Below, one piece after another: positions 52,175 through 62,569 of a stretch of 64,000 bases of DNA. Positions within the stretch are counted from its first letter, which is position 1, and each line of letters opens with the position of its first letter. The notes beneath the pieces were generated by a model that searched no databases, was not told where the DNA came from, and saw only the letters and a list, made by a program, of their open reading frames with translations. The DNA is from Kiritimatiellia bacterium. Its GTDB lineage: Bacteria; Verrucomicrobiota; Kiritimatiellia; CAIQIC01; Lenti-01. Both the position numbers and the translations under genes were made by a program. The DNA is taken from contig JAXGNL010000001.1 in NCBI GenBank assembly GCA_040768005.1, positions 7,008-71,007 on the forward strand. Reading direction: 5' to 3'.

Positions 52175-55100
52175 ATGACGTCGCAACCGCCCAGTCCCGT
52201 TTCGCCGTCTCCGGTTCCCGGGTACGGTTCCGGCCCGGGTCCCGTGCGCTGGAAAGAGGCGTATGACCGGCTGCAGGCCACCCTGGAGGCGCTGCCCGAT
52301 CTGCTGTTCGTGCTGGATCGCGACGGTCGCATTTACGATTACCACGCTCCGGCCCTGGACCGGCTTTATGTTCCGCCTGACAGTTTCCTGGGGCGGACCA
52401 TGAACGAAGTGCTGCCGGAGCCCGCCCGGGGGATTGTGGACTGGGCCATCCAGGACGCCGTAGTGCACGGATTCCATCGGGGAAGCGTCTATCCGCTGGC
52501 GACTCCGTCCGGCAACCGCTGGTTTGAAATATCCATCGCGGCCCAGGGCGACCCGGGCCGTCCCGAGGGCCGTCTGGTCGCCATCATACGGGATGTGACC
52601 GACCGCCGGACAACGCTGGAGGCTTTGCGGGAGAGCGAGCAGCGGTACCGGCTGCTGGCCGAAGGCATGAAGGACGTGATCTGGGTGCTGGATGTGGAGG
52701 CGGGAAGATTCACCTATGTGAGTCCGTCGGTGGAAAAGCTGCGCGGCTACACGCCGGAGGAAGTCCTGGCGCAGCCGCTGGAAGACACCTGGGCGCCGGC
52801 GGAGCGGGCGCGACTGGCGGAAATGACCGCGGGCTATGTCCGGGAATTCCAGGCGGGACGCATCGGCGAGCAGACCTATGTCACGTTCGAGCTGCAACAG
52901 CCCTGCAAGGACGGTTCGCTGATTCCCTCCGAAGCGGTGGCCCGTCTGGTGCGGAATTCCCGAACCGGCCGTCTGGAAGCCCACGGGGTGACGCGCGAGA
53001 TCCGGGACCGCAAGCGGGTGGAAGACGCCCTGCGGGCGAGCGAAGAGCGCTTTGCCCAGAGTGCGCGCCAGAGCCGCACCTTTCTGTGGGAAACGGACGA
53101 GAACGGGTTGTATACCTTCGTAAGCCCGGTGGTGGAAGATGTGCTGGGATACCGTCCGGAGGAACTGATTGGAAAGCGGCACTACCATGACCTGTTTCCC
53201 GAATCGGAACGCCGGCGCCTCAAGAAGGAGGCGGCGCACGTCATCCGGGGGGGGCATGATTTCCGGGATTTCGAGAACGCCTGCCGGGCGAAGGACGGGC
53301 GAACCGTATGGGTGGTGACCAGCGGGGCCCCGATGCGGGACGCGCAGGGCCGGGTGCGCGGTTACCGGGGAAGCGACACAGACATCACCCAGCGCAGAGA
53401 GGCCGAACGGGAACTGCGCGAAAGCCGGGACCGCCTGAACCGCGCCCAGGAGCTGGCGCATCTGGGCAGCTGGGAGCTGGATGCCGTCACCGACGAATTG
53501 ACGTGGTCCGACGAGGTGTTCCGGATTTTCGATCTGGAGCCGGAGGAATTCGCCGGGACCTACGAGGCCTTTCTGGAATGCGTGCATCCGGAAGACCGCG
53601 CGGACGTACACGCCGCCTTTGCGGAATCGCTGCACAACGGAACCGGCGTCTATGAGATCGAGCACCGGATCGTGCGCCGGAAGAGCCGGGAGGTGCGCTG
53701 GCTTCACGAAAAATGCTTCCATGTCCGGGACGATAGCGGCCGCCTGATCCGCTCCACGGGGATGGTCATGGACATCACAGAGCGGCGGCAGGCGGAAGAT
53801 GCCCTGAAAGAGAGCCAGGCCCGCTGGCGGGCGCTCAACGACAATCTGCCCGGCGGGCTGGTGTATCAGATTGACTCCGGCGTGGACGGAGGCCTGCGCC
53901 GGTTCCGGATGATCAGCCGGGGGGTCGAACAGCTGCACGGGCTGACCATTGCCGAGGTGCTGGCGGATGCCGAATCCCTGTACGGGCAGGTGCTGCCGGA
54001 GGACCGTCCGCAGCTGGCCTCCCGAACGGTCCAGGCCGCCAAGGCCATGACGCCGATGCACGTGGAGATGCGTTGCCGGCTGCCTTCCGGGGAGATCCGC
54101 TGGATCTACGCCTGTGCCGCTCCGCGGCGCATGCCCAACGGCCACACGATCTGGGACGGGATCGAACTGGACATCACCGAGCGCAAACGGGCGGAAGAGG
54201 CGCTGCGGAAATCGGAGGCCAAGTACCGCCTGCTGCACGAAAGTATGCGCGATGCCTTCTGCCGCACGGATCTGAACGGCCGGGTCCTGGAAGTCAACGC
54301 CGCCTTCCAGACCCTGGTCGGCTACACCCAGGAACAACTGCAGGCGCTGACGTATCAGGATCTCACTCCGAAACGCTGGCATGCCGCGGAAAAGAAGATT
54401 CTGGCGGAGCAGGTCCGGGTTCGCGGCTATTCGGACATCTACCAGAAGGAATACCGCCACCGGGACGGCACGATCATTCCCGTCGAGCTGCGCACGGTGC
54501 TGATCCGGGACGAAAGCGGAGAAGCGGCCGGCATGTGGGCGACGGTGCGCAACATCACGGCCCGGCTGCGGGTGGAACGGGCGCTGCATCAGGCCACGGT
54601 GGAACTGGAACACCGGGTCAAGGAGCGCACGGCGGAGCTGGAAGCCTCCCGCCAGGCGCTGGCCGAGAGCGAAGCCCAGTTCCGGCAGATGACGGACATC
54701 ATCCAGGAAGTGTTCTGGCTGATTGACGCGAAGACCGGCGACGCGCTGTACGTCAGCCCCGCCTTCGAGCAGATCTGGGGCCGGCCGCCCACGACCAACC
54801 ATCCCAGCGTGTTCACCTGGGTGGACAGTCTGCATCCGGACGACCGGGCCCACGCCCTGGAGGTGTTTCACAAGGGTCTCAAGGAAGGCCGATTCGATCC
54901 GCTGGAGGTGCGGGTGGTGCGGCCGGACGGTTCGCTCCGCTGGATCGAAGTCCGCGGATGGCTGATGAGTCCGGCGCTGGGCGGTGGCCCTCGCGTGGCC
55001 GGAACGATGCGGGACATCACGATGCGCCGCCAGCTGGAGGCGGAGATCCTCAACGCCAGCGAGGCCGAGCGGCAGCGGATCGGGCGCGACCTGCACGACA

Positions 55101-55690
55101 GCCTGGGCCAGTCGCTGACCGGCATCGGCTATCTGGCGGAAGCGATGAAGGAAGAACTGTCGCGGGCGGGGCGGCCGGAATCGGCGGAAGCGGGCAAGCT
55201 GGCGCGGCTGGTGGAGGAAGCGGCCGACCGCGCCCATGCCATGGCCCGGGGATTGATGCTGGTGGACATGCGCCGGGGAGGGCTGACGGCCGCGCTGCAG
55301 GAACTGGCGCTGCGCACCCAGGAACTGTTCGGCATCGAATGCCGGTACGAAGGGCCGGATGAAATCACGCTGGACGACATGGATGCGGCGGGTCAGTTGT
55401 ACCGGATCGCCCAGGAAGCGGCAACAAACGCGGCCAAGCATGCCCGTGCCGACCGCATTGTGATCCGCCTGGAGTCCACCCCCGCGAAGCTGGCACTGAC
55501 AGTGCAGGATACGGGGAGGGGGCTGCCGGAGGGCGCCGCCGACTCCGCGGGAATGGGGCTGGGCATCATGCGGTATCGGGCCGGCCTGATCGGCGCATCG
55601 TTCTGGATCGAGGGAGCGGCCGGTCGGGGCACGGCGGTCCACTGCCTGCTGACCCGCACCCCGTTGAATCACAAGGAGGAACCCAGATGA
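52175..55690 (+). CDS. multi-PAS sensor histidine kinase (HisKA_3/NarX-type)
   Basis: At least six PAS/PAC-like repeats (recurring ...TERKRAEEALR.SE.RYR...). Dimerisation/phospho-acceptor box RQRIGRDLHDSLGQSLTGI and a C-terminal HATPase domain. The ATG at 52175 is preferred over the GTG at 52160. Confidence 0.85.
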   Translation: MTSQPPSPVSPSPVPGYGSGPGPVRWKEAYDRLQATLEALPDLLFVLDRDGRIYDYHAPALDRLYVPPDSFLGRTMNEVLPEPARGIVDWAIQDAVVHGFHRGSVYPLATPSGNRWFEISIAAQGDPGRPEGRLVAIIRDVTDRRTTLEALRESEQRYRLLAEGMKDVIWVLDVEAGRFTYVSPSVEKLRGYTPEEVLAQPLEDTWAPAERARLAEMTAGYVREFQAGRIGEQTYVTFELQQPCKDGSLIPSEAVARLVRNSRTGRLEAHGVTREIRDRKRVEDALRASEERFAQSARQSRTFLWETDENGLYTFVSPVVEDVLGYRPEELIGKRHYHDLFPESERRRLKKEAAHVIRGGHDFRDFENACRAKDGRTVWVVTSGAPMRDAQGRVRGYRGSDTDITQRREAERELRESRDRLNRAQELAHLGSWELDAVTDELTWSDEVFRIFDLEPEEFAGTYEAFLECVHPEDRADVHAAFAESLHNGTGVYEIEHRIVRRKSREVRWLHEKCFHVRDDSGRLIRSTGMVMDITERRQAEDALKESQARWRALNDNLPGGLVYQIDSGVDGGLRRFRMISRGVEQLHGLTIAEVLADAESLYGQVLPEDRPQLASRTVQAAKAMTPMHVEMRCRLPSGEIRWIYACAAPRRMPNGHTIWDGIELDITERKRAEEALRKSEAKYRLLHESMRDAFCRTDLNGRVLEVNAAFQTLVGYTQEQLQALTYQDLTPKRWHAAEKKILAEQVRVRGYSDIYQKEYRHRDGTIIPVELRTVLIRDESGEAAGMWATVRNITARLRVERALHQATVELEHRVKERTAELEASRQALAESEAQFRQMTDIIQEVFWLIDAKTGDALYVSPAFEQIWGRPPTTNHPSVFTWVDSLHPDDRAHALEVFHKGLKEGRFDPLEVRVVRPDGSLRWIEVRGWLMSPALGGGPRVAGTMRDITMRRQLEAEILNASEAERQRIGRDLHDSLGQSLTGIGYLAEAMKEELSRAGRPESAEAGKLARLVEEAADRAHAMARGLMLVDMRRGGLTAALQELALRTQELFGIECRYEGPDEITLDDMDAAGQLYRIAQEAATNAAKHARADRIVIRLESTPAKLALTVQDTGRGLPEGAADSAGMGLGIMRYRAGLIGASFWIEGAAGRGTAVHCLLTRTPLNHKEEPR

Positions 55691-56367
55691 AATCCACCCC
55701 GGAAAAACACAATGCACGCAAGCGGATCCTGATTGTGGACGATCATCCGCTCCTGCGCGATGGTCTGGCCAAGGTGCTGAACCAGCAGGCCGACCTGATG
55801 GCCTGCGGGGAGGCAGGCGATGCCCGCGGCGCGCTGGCCGCCATTCGCACCTGCCGGCCGGATGCCGTGATCGTGGATCTGACGATGGAAGACGGCAACG
55901 GGCTGGACCTGATCAAGGACCTCCATGCCCTGCATCCTGGGTTGCCGATGCTGGTGTTGTCCATGCATCATGAGAACCTGTATGCCGAACGGGCCATCCG
56001 GGCCGGTGCCAAGGGATATGTCATGAAGCGCGAGCCGGTCGGCGTGGTGCTGGACGGATTGCGGAAGGTCCTGGAAGGGCATCTGGCGCTGAGCGAGAAC
56101 ATGGTCTGCCGGATGCTCAGCCAGCCCAAGCGCGCCCGGGAGTCGGGAGAAGGGTCGCCGTCGGACCTGTTGAGCGACCGGGAACTGGATGTGTTCCGTT
56201 TGCTGGGGGAAGGACTGGGGACCCGCCAGATTGCCGCCAAGCTGCATGTCGCCACCAGCACGGTGGAGACCCACCGGGCGGGCATCAAGCAGAAACTCGG
56301 CCTGGACAGCGCCACCGAACTGGTGGCACGGGCCGCCCAGTTTGTGCTGGACGAGCAGGACCAATAA
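55687..56367 (+). CDS. LuxR/NarL-family response regulator
   Basis: REC domain (ILIVDDHPLLRDGL...DAVIVDLTMEDGNGLDL) plus the LuxR HTH LSDRELDVFRLLGEGLGTRQIAAKLHVATSTVETHRAGI. ATGA overlap with the kinase stop. Confidence 0.9.
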   Translation: MKSTPEKHNARKRILIVDDHPLLRDGLAKVLNQQADLMACGEAGDARGALAAIRTCRPDAVIVDLTMEDGNGLDLIKDLHALHPGLPMLVLSMHHENLYAERAIRAGAKGYVMKREPVGVVLDGLRKVLEGHLALSENMVCRMLSQPKRARESGEGSPSDLLSDRELDVFRLLGEGLGTRQIAAKLHVATSTVETHRAGIKQKLGLDSATELVARAAQFVLDEQDQ

Positions 56368-56497
56368 AGTCCATCGGGTTGCCCCCCCATGGAGGTGGGG
56401 GGTGAGGCTCGCGGATTCCGCCACCATCGAAACGTTTTTTCCGCGAATTGCCGTGGAATGGGGATGTTGTTACGGTTGCATTAGAAATTGATGACAA

Positions 56498-56890
56498 ATG
56501 TTAGCCATGCAAACGGACAAGATTATGGATGGGACCAAGGCAAAGCAAGTGGATGCCCAGACCTGGAGGGTGGAACTGAACTGGCCGGATGCGAATGGGT
56601 TGCATGGGCGGGAAGCGGCGACCCTGCTGAAGCTGGAGCAGATACACAAAGCCACGCTCGTATTGGAATGCTCCGGCCAGAAGGCCGAGGTAGAGAGCCT
56701 GTTGGGGTTGCTGTCCATGGAGACATCCGGCAATGCCCCGCTGGTTGCCACGGCCAGCGGACCCGACGCCGAACCCTTGATCCGCGCGATTGAAAAATGC
56801 TTCCAGCAGGGATTTGAAGCCATGGCCGGAAGCATGGGGAAAAACTGTTTCCAGAAGAAATTCGAACGGCACTTTCATCTTCCTCACTAG
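56498..56890 (+). CDS. HPr-family phosphocarrier-like protein
   Basis: DANGLHGREAATLLKLEQIHKATLVLECSGQKAEVESLLGLLSMETSGNAPLVATASGPDAEPLIRAIEKCF parallels HPr (GLHARPA..., KS(I/L)(M/L)G(V/L)(M/L)(S/T)L, G.DE..A). The N- and C-terminal extensions are atypical, and the start is uncertain. Confidence 0.5.
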   Translation: MLAMQTDKIMDGTKAKQVDAQTWRVELNWPDANGLHGREAATLLKLEQIHKATLVLECSGQKAEVESLLGLLSMETSGNAPLVATASGPDAEPLIRAIEKCFQQGFEAMAGSMGKNCFQKKFERHFHLPH

Positions 56891-57020
56891 GGGGAGGGGG
56901 ACTCTGCCGGCGGCTTTCGGGCCGGGCCGAAGGCTCTGGCGGATTCCGCCATGCCACGTCAACAAGAACCGCCATATCCGTGGCCGTTTGCCCTATGCTA
57001 GACCTTAACAGCAGTAGGCC

Positions 57021-57386
57021 ATGAGTCAGACAATCATTCCAACTTCGCTGGTCCGTTGGGCCCTGGTGGAGCGCCTGTATCCCGACGACATCGCGGAACA
57101 GGTTCGCCGGAGCCTGCGGGTATTTCATCTGGCGCCGGACTTGTATGACAGCCCGGGTCTGAAAGGGCCGGCCAAGCGTGCGGAACTGATCATCAAGCTG
57201 GCCTATTGGCTGGCCAAGGGGCGGCTGACGGCCAAGGAGTTCCGGGAATGGGCGGAGCGGATTCCGGCGGAAGACAACGAGGGCTGGGATATCGACCTGT
57301 GCGCCGCATCCCATGGATCGCTGCTCACCAACGTATTGAAAATGGGTGTGTTTGTTCCGCTGCAAGAAGCCTGCCTGCGGGGGTAG
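57021..57386 (+). CDS. hypothetical protein
   Basis: 121 aa ORF with balanced composition and no competing ORF of better quality. No motif recognised. Confidence 0.4.
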   Translation: MSQTIIPTSLVRWALVERLYPDDIAEQVRRSLRVFHLAPDLYDSPGLKGPAKRAELIIKLAYWLAKGRLTAKEFREWAERIPAEDNEGWDIDLCAASHGSLLTNVLKMGVFVPLQEACLRG

Positions 57387-57464
57387 AGCGCGGCTGGATG
57401 CCGCATCTCGTGGGGGGGGGCAACACGGTCTCGAGGGAACGGATTCCGTCCTTCGGGGCGGGGA

Positions 57465-58598
57465 TCAGGCGCTTTCGGATTCCGCGGGGTCTGAATACCG
57501 GGCACAAATGGCCCCGGCGGGACCGGCTTGCCGCCGCAGGGCCTGGACCCCGCGGGAGTCCAGTTGCCCATTGGCGGCCAAGCGCTCCATTTCCTCCAAC
57601 GCCTGTGTCACGGACCACGGCTCCTTGTAGGGGCGGCGCGAGGTGAGCGCATCGAAAATGTCCGCAATGGTTACGATGCGGGCTTCGATCGGGATGGCGT
57701 CGCCCATCAGGCCCCGGGGATAGCCGCTTCCATCCAGCAGCTCGTGGTGGGACTCGACGATGTGGCGGAGAATGTCCACGCCGGAAAGCGAACCGAGCGA
57801 CAGGTCGTCCACCATGCGCTCGATGATTCGGATGCCCCGTTCCACATGCGTTTGCATGATCCGCCGCTCTCCGGGGTCGAGCCGGCCGGGCTTGAGGAGG
57901 ATGGCGTCGGGGATGCCGATCTTGCCGATGTCATGGAGCGGGGCGAAGAGAAAGACCTGTTCGACAAACTCGTCGGACAGGCCGAGAGGTTCGGCCAGAT
58001 CCCGGGCGATCAACCGGCTCAGGCGGGCCATGCGTTCCAGATGGGCGCCGGTTTCAAAGTCGCGCAGGTCGCAGAAGGCCCGGGCGATGCTCACGGAGCC
58101 CAGCAGGGCGCGGATGGCGAGGCACTCGTTGGCCAGCATGAGGGAGATCAGGCCGGCATGAAGGCGAAGCGTGCGCTGGTCGGCCGGCGAAAAGGCATCC
58201 GGCCGGCGGGAGTCAAAAAAGACAAAACCGATGAACGAGTCCTGAAGGTACATGGGCACGGTGAAGGAAGACCGGTAGCCTTCCTGCAGCACCCAGGCGG
58301 AGTGGGGCACGCGGCCATCGAGAGCCGAGGGCAAATCCGGCAGGAAGCGGACCTCCCGCCGCCGGGCCAGGTCGCTCAGGGACGGGCTGCCGGCCATCCG
58401 GAATTCATACTGTTGCAGGGCGCGGCCGGCACAGGTGCTGTGGACAAAGGTTTTCAGCAGATCCTCGGCCGGATCATACAGGGCGCACCCGATGCGTTCT
58501 GTCTGCGGCAGCTCCTGCCGGAGCTCCCGATGCAGGATTTCCAGCCGTTCCCCAAGGCGGGGTGTCCGGGAACCGGGCGGCATGCGTGGGTTGTCCAT
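57465..58598 (-). CDS. GAF-domain HD-GYP phosphodiesterase
   Basis: HD-GYP motifs LHDIGKIGIPDAILLKPG and HHELLDGSGYPRGL. N-terminal ~170 aa are GAF-like. AAGGAA lies upstream of the ATG. Confidence 0.85.
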   Translation of the reverse strand: MDNPRMPPGSRTPRLGERLEILHRELRQELPQTERIGCALYDPAEDLLKTFVHSTCAGRALQQYEFRMAGSPSLSDLARRREVRFLPDLPSALDGRVPHSAWVLQEGYRSSFTVPMYLQDSFIGFVFFDSRRPDAFSPADQRTLRLHAGLISLMLANECLAIRALLGSVSIARAFCDLRDFETGAHLERMARLSRLIARDLAEPLGLSDEFVEQVFLFAPLHDIGKIGIPDAILLKPGRLDPGERRIMQTHVERGIRIIERMVDDLSLGSLSGVDILRHIVESHHELLDGSGYPRGLMGDAIPIEARIVTIADIFDALTSRRPYKEPWSVTQALEEMERLAANGQLDSRGVQALRRQAGPAGAICARYSDPAESESA

Positions 58599-58626
58599 GA
58601 CGGGTTCCTTTACAGCGGCCTGTTCT

Positions 58627-60333
58627 TCAAGGGGGGGGCCAGCGGCCGACCTTCTCGATGTCGCCGTGACAGCGCTGGAAGGCCTCCACCACGGCGGGAT
58701 CGAACAGCGTGCCCTTGTGGCGGAGGATTTCGGCGAGAGCCTCGTCGGGGGGGCGTCCCGGGGAGTAGGGCCGGTCGGAACGAATGGCGTCGTAGGTGTC
58801 GATGACGGCGAAAATGCGGGCGCCCAGGCAGATTTCCTCGCCCTTCAATCCGCGGGGATAGCCGCTGCCGTCATAGCGTTCCTGGTGGGCCAGGACGATT
58901 TCCGAGACCTCTTCGAGGCCGGGGCCCGCCTTGATGATGTTATAGCCGGTATGCGGGTGCAGATTCATGACGGCGCGTTCGTCCGGCGTCAGGGGGCCGG
59001 GCTTGAGGAGGATGGCATCGGGCACGGCGATCTTGCCGATGTCGTGCAGCAGGGCGCCGGTTTCGATGGTCTGGATTTCCTCGGGCATGGCGCCCATTTC
59101 GCGGGCGAGGACGATGGCGAGCCGCGCCACCCGCCGGCTGTGTTCGCCGGTTTTCTGTTCGCGGGCGTCGAGAATGTCGGTGATGGCCTCCAGGGTGAAC
59201 TGATAGGTGTCGCTGATGTTGTCCAGCGCGCGGGACAGCGCGGCGTTTTTTTCGCGGACCATGTCTTCGAGATGCATCTGGTAGCGCCGGTTTTCCAGCA
59301 GGATGCGGCGGTATTTGACGGCGCGATCCAGAACGGCCCCGAGCTGTCCGGGGGAGATGGGCTTCTGGACGAAATCGAAGACCCCCAGGCGCATGGCTTC
59401 CACCGCGCTGTCCAGGGTGGCCGCGCCCGTGATGATCACGCCGACGGCGGAGTCGTCGATGTCCCGCAAGGTCTTGAGCACGTCCAGTCCGCTATGTTCG
59501 CCCAGGCCCAGATCCACCAGCGCCACGTCAATCAACCCCTGCGCCTGACGCATGATTTCGATGGCCTCGGGGCCGTCATGGGCGGTGAGGACACTGTAGT
59601 TCTTGCGGAGCAGGACTTTTTCAAAGGTGGCGCACAGGTCCAGATCGTCGTCGGCCAGCAGCACGGTCCGGCGGGAGTCCGCCTGTCCGGCCGGGGCGGC
59701 GACCGCCGCCAGGTCTCCGGTGTCGCCGATGGCGTCCGGCAGATCGTCCGAGAAGCAGATGCGGTTGCGACCGGTCTGTTTGGCGCGGTAGAGGGCGCGA
59801 TCGGCCAGGATGAGGAACCGGTCGGGGGTGGGGTCGGCGTTGGACGGGACATGGCAGACGCCGACGGAAATTGTCACATGCAGGTCATAGGATCCCTTGC
59901 AGATCCGTTCGGTACGGAAATTCTCCAGCATGCGTTCGGCGATCAGGCGGGTATCCGCGGTCGTGGCGCAGGGCAGGAGAACCACCATTTCGTCGCCGCC
60001 GTAATACCGGCAGACCGCATCGGAATCGCGGACGCTGGCCTGCATCAGGCGGGCGCATTCCTTGAGCACCTGGTCGCCGACGAAATGTCCGAAGGAATCG
60101 TTGATGGCCTTGAAATGGTCGATATCCACGATCAGCAGGCCCAGGGGAAACGCCTGGCCGGCATCCAGCGTCCAGATCCGGCGGAGTTCTTCGTCAAAGC
60201 CGCGCCGGTTCAGCAGGCCGGTCAGCGGATCCCGGTAGGCCAGTTCCTTGAGCTGCTCGGCCAGGGCCTTGAAATCCACGGACGATTCCGCGCTGTCGCT
60301 CTTCCGCCTGTGCTCTGCATCGGCCATGGGCAT
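58627..60333 (-). CDS. GGDEF(GGDEM)-REC-HD-GYP three-domain c-di-GMP turnover protein
   Basis: The ATG at 60333 is preceded by AAGGAGG. The GGDEF domain reads DPLTGLLNRRGF...RYYGGDEMVVLL. The receiver domain reads VLLADDDLDLC...LVDLGLGEHSGLDVL. The HD-GYP motifs are LHDIGKIAVPDAILLKPG and HQERYDGSGYPRGL. Confidence 0.85.
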   Translation of the reverse strand: MPMADAEHRRKSDSAESSVDFKALAEQLKELAYRDPLTGLLNRRGFDEELRRIWTLDAGQAFPLGLLIVDIDHFKAINDSFGHFVGDQVLKECARLMQASVRDSDAVCRYYGGDEMVVLLPCATTADTRLIAERMLENFRTERICKGSYDLHVTISVGVCHVPSNADPTPDRFLILADRALYRAKQTGRNRICFSDDLPDAIGDTGDLAAVAAPAGQADSRRTVLLADDDLDLCATFEKVLLRKNYSVLTAHDGPEAIEIMRQAQGLIDVALVDLGLGEHSGLDVLKTLRDIDDSAVGVIITGAATLDSAVEAMRLGVFDFVQKPISPGQLGAVLDRAVKYRRILLENRRYQMHLEDMVREKNAALSRALDNISDTYQFTLEAITDILDAREQKTGEHSRRVARLAIVLAREMGAMPEEIQTIETGALLHDIGKIAVPDAILLKPGPLTPDERAVMNLHPHTGYNIIKAGPGLEEVSEIVLAHQERYDGSGYPRGLKGEEICLGARIFAVIDTYDAIRSDRPYSPGRPPDEALAEILRHKGTLFDPAVVEAFQRCHGDIEKVGRWPPP

Positions 60334-60854
60334 GACAACCTCCTTGGGATTCCGTGACGACCGGCCAACCTCCGATCGCGAAGAGCACGGTATCCGCATA
60401 TAGAACTATGAACCCGGTGAAGATGACGTCAAGCCGCGAATGATCGGAACTCCCTTTTCCGCAACAAGATCCCTCGTGCTTTCCGCTACCCGCCTGCTGT
60501 TTTCCGCCACAGGGGCCTGCGATGCCGTGCCAGGTCATCCCCGGATTCTTCCATGACCCCCGAATGCCGCTTAACACGATATTCATTTTCGCCCCCGGGA
60601 CTTTAGTCTGTTGTTCACAGAGATGAAAGAGATGCACAACAATCCGGCGGCGATGCGTATTCCTTACCTCCGCAAAGAGGGATCGGGGCCGGGGGGCGGC
60701 CTGCAGAAAATGAGGTGGCGCGGTTTTGTCCAACGTATTTTGAAGGAAACAGCGAAGGGGGGCAACAAAGGGCGTGAAAAAGGATCGGATTCGGTGGAAT
60801 GCCCGACGTGCGGGGTCGAGCATGGCCGGATGCCGGTCGCGAGGAGGACGGCAC

Positions 60855-61916
60855 ATGTGGACGCTTGAAGAGTTGCTGGAAAAAGTATCCTCGTCCGGCG
60901 GGTCGGACCTGATCCTGACGCCCGGCGCGCCGCCCCAGCTCAAGATCCTGGGACAGATGCATGCGGTGGGTGACACACCGCTGACGGCCCGGGAAACAGA
61001 ATCCCTTTCGCTCTCCGCGCTGAATGATTACCAGAAGAACCAGCTGGTCCAGAACCGGAGCGTGGATTTGTCGCGTGGATTTTCCGGCCTGAACCGGTTT
61101 CGATTCAATATATTCCGCCAGCGGGGGGCGCTGGCGCTGGTGGCGCGGCTGATTCCCAGTCGGATTCCGTCGTTCACTGAACTGGGACTGCCGCCGATCG
61201 TGCAGGAATTCGCCTTGCAGCCGCACGGGCTGGTTCTGATCACCGGCCCGGCCGGCAGCGGCAAGTCCACGACGCTGGCGGCGATGATCGAACACATCAA
61301 TGTCCACCGTTCGGTGCACATCATCTGCCTGGAGGATCCGATCGAATACCTGCACGCTCACAAGCGCAGCCTCATCGAACAGCGGGAGATCTACGAAGAT
61401 GCGCCGTCGTTCGCGCAGGCCCTGCAGTCCGTGTTCCGTCAGTCGCCGGACGTGATCATGGTGGGGGAAATGCGCGACCTGGAGACCATGCAGCTGGCGC
61501 TGACGCTGGCGGAGACCGGGCACCTGATTCTGGGCACGCTGCACACCCAGGACGCCGCCCAGTCGGTGGACCGCGTGATTGACCTGTTTCCCGCGGACCA
61601 GCAGCATCAGATCCGCCTGCAGTTCTCCCAGGTGGTCCTGGCCGTCCTGTCCCAGATCCTGTTGAACCGCATCGGGGGCGGACGCATCGCCGCGTTTGAA
61701 ATCATGCTGGCCACGCCGATGATCCGCAAATTCATCCGCGAAGGGAGCACCGGCGAGATTCCGGCGAATCTGGAAATGGGCGCGTCCGAAGGCAAGCAGT
61801 CCCTGGACCAGGCCATGGCCGAGCTGGTCCGCCGGGGCCTCGTGGCCCGCGAAGAGGCCTTGCTGGCCAGCAGCCATCCGGCCCATCTGGCCGATCTGCT
61901 CGCCGCCGGTCCCTGA
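60855..61916 (+). CDS. pilT: type IV pilus retraction ATPase PilT family
   Basis: Walker A GPAGSGKSTT, CLEDPIEY, Walker B/Asp box DVIMVGEMRD, GHLILGTLHT. GAGGAGGA lies upstream of the ATG at 60855. Confidence 0.85.
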   Translation: MWTLEELLEKVSSSGGSDLILTPGAPPQLKILGQMHAVGDTPLTARETESLSLSALNDYQKNQLVQNRSVDLSRGFSGLNRFRFNIFRQRGALALVARLIPSRIPSFTELGLPPIVQEFALQPHGLVLITGPAGSGKSTTLAAMIEHINVHRSVHIICLEDPIEYLHAHKRSLIEQREIYEDAPSFAQALQSVFRQSPDVIMVGEMRDLETMQLALTLAETGHLILGTLHTQDAAQSVDRVIDLFPADQQHQIRLQFSQVVLAVLSQILLNRIGGGRIAAFEIMLATPMIRKFIREGSTGEIPANLEMGASEGKQSLDQAMAELVRRGLVAREEALLASSHPAHLADLLAAGP

Positions 61917-62048
61917 GCGGGCAGGAAGCGCCGCCGGCCTGGCGGATTCCGCTACCCGGCAATCCAACGGGCCGCGATGGTCTTTCAGACCGGAATACAG
62001 GTACAAATCAACGCATAGGCAAACAGGATTTTTCCAAGGAGGGAAATC

Positions 62049-62519
62049 ATGAGCGAGCCGGCCGTGGAGCGCAGAGGAGCAGGAGGACGTCTCCCGGACG
62101 GTGTGGATAGACGGCAGCGCCGCCAGGATCCGTGGCGCAAGGTGTTGAACTGGCTGGCGTATGTCGTCTATCCGCTGCTCATTCTCAATGTGTTCCTCTT
62201 CATGGCCGTGGCCAGCGAGGACCAGAAGGGGGCGATGGCGGCGCGGATGGAGGAAAAGCGCGTGGAATCGTCCACGGTGCAGATTCCGCAAACAGCGTCC
62301 GGCCGCACCGCCGCCCAGGGGGTCAGCGAATGGGTGCACCTGAACGCGTTTCTGCCGGTCATGGTGGCCGGCGTGGGCATCGGGATCATCGGCATCGTGC
62401 TGGATCGCAAACGGTCCCGGCGGAGATCGGATTACAGCCTGATGACGCCGCTGGTGCTGGTCATCCTGTCGGTGGTCGGCCTGTTCGTCTATTTCATCGT
62501 CCGCGCCGTCTGGGTCTGA
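62049..62519 (+). CDS. small membrane protein, unknown function
   Basis: 156 aa with three hydrophobic helices (WLAYVVYPLLILNVFLFMAV, FLPVMVAGVGIGIIGIVL, LVLVILSVVGLFVYFIV). AAGGAGGG lies upstream of the ATG. Confidence 0.6.
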   Translation: MSEPAVERRGAGGRLPDGVDRRQRRQDPWRKVLNWLAYVVYPLLILNVFLFMAVASEDQKGAMAARMEEKRVESSTVQIPQTASGRTAAQGVSEWVHLNAFLPVMVAGVGIGIIGIVLDRKRSRRRSDYSLMTPLVLVILSVVGLFVYFIVRAVWV

Positions 62520-62569
62520 TCCGCCGGCATGCCGGCGCCCAGGGGGGGCGGGCGCGGGATTTTTCCGGA

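Noticed and set aside
56382-56402. C-run/G-run stem (CCCCCC-atggaggt-GGGGGG) after the response-regulator gene, considered as a terminator.
   Set aside because: No T-rich tail follows, and homopolymer pairing alone is weak evidence.
60334-60854. c-di-GMP riboswitch or other leader RNA upstream of pilT.
   Set aside because: I looked for GEMM-like conserved segments by eye. Only a short cgcaaag match was found, with no convincing paired structure. Excluding it properly needs an Infernal scan.
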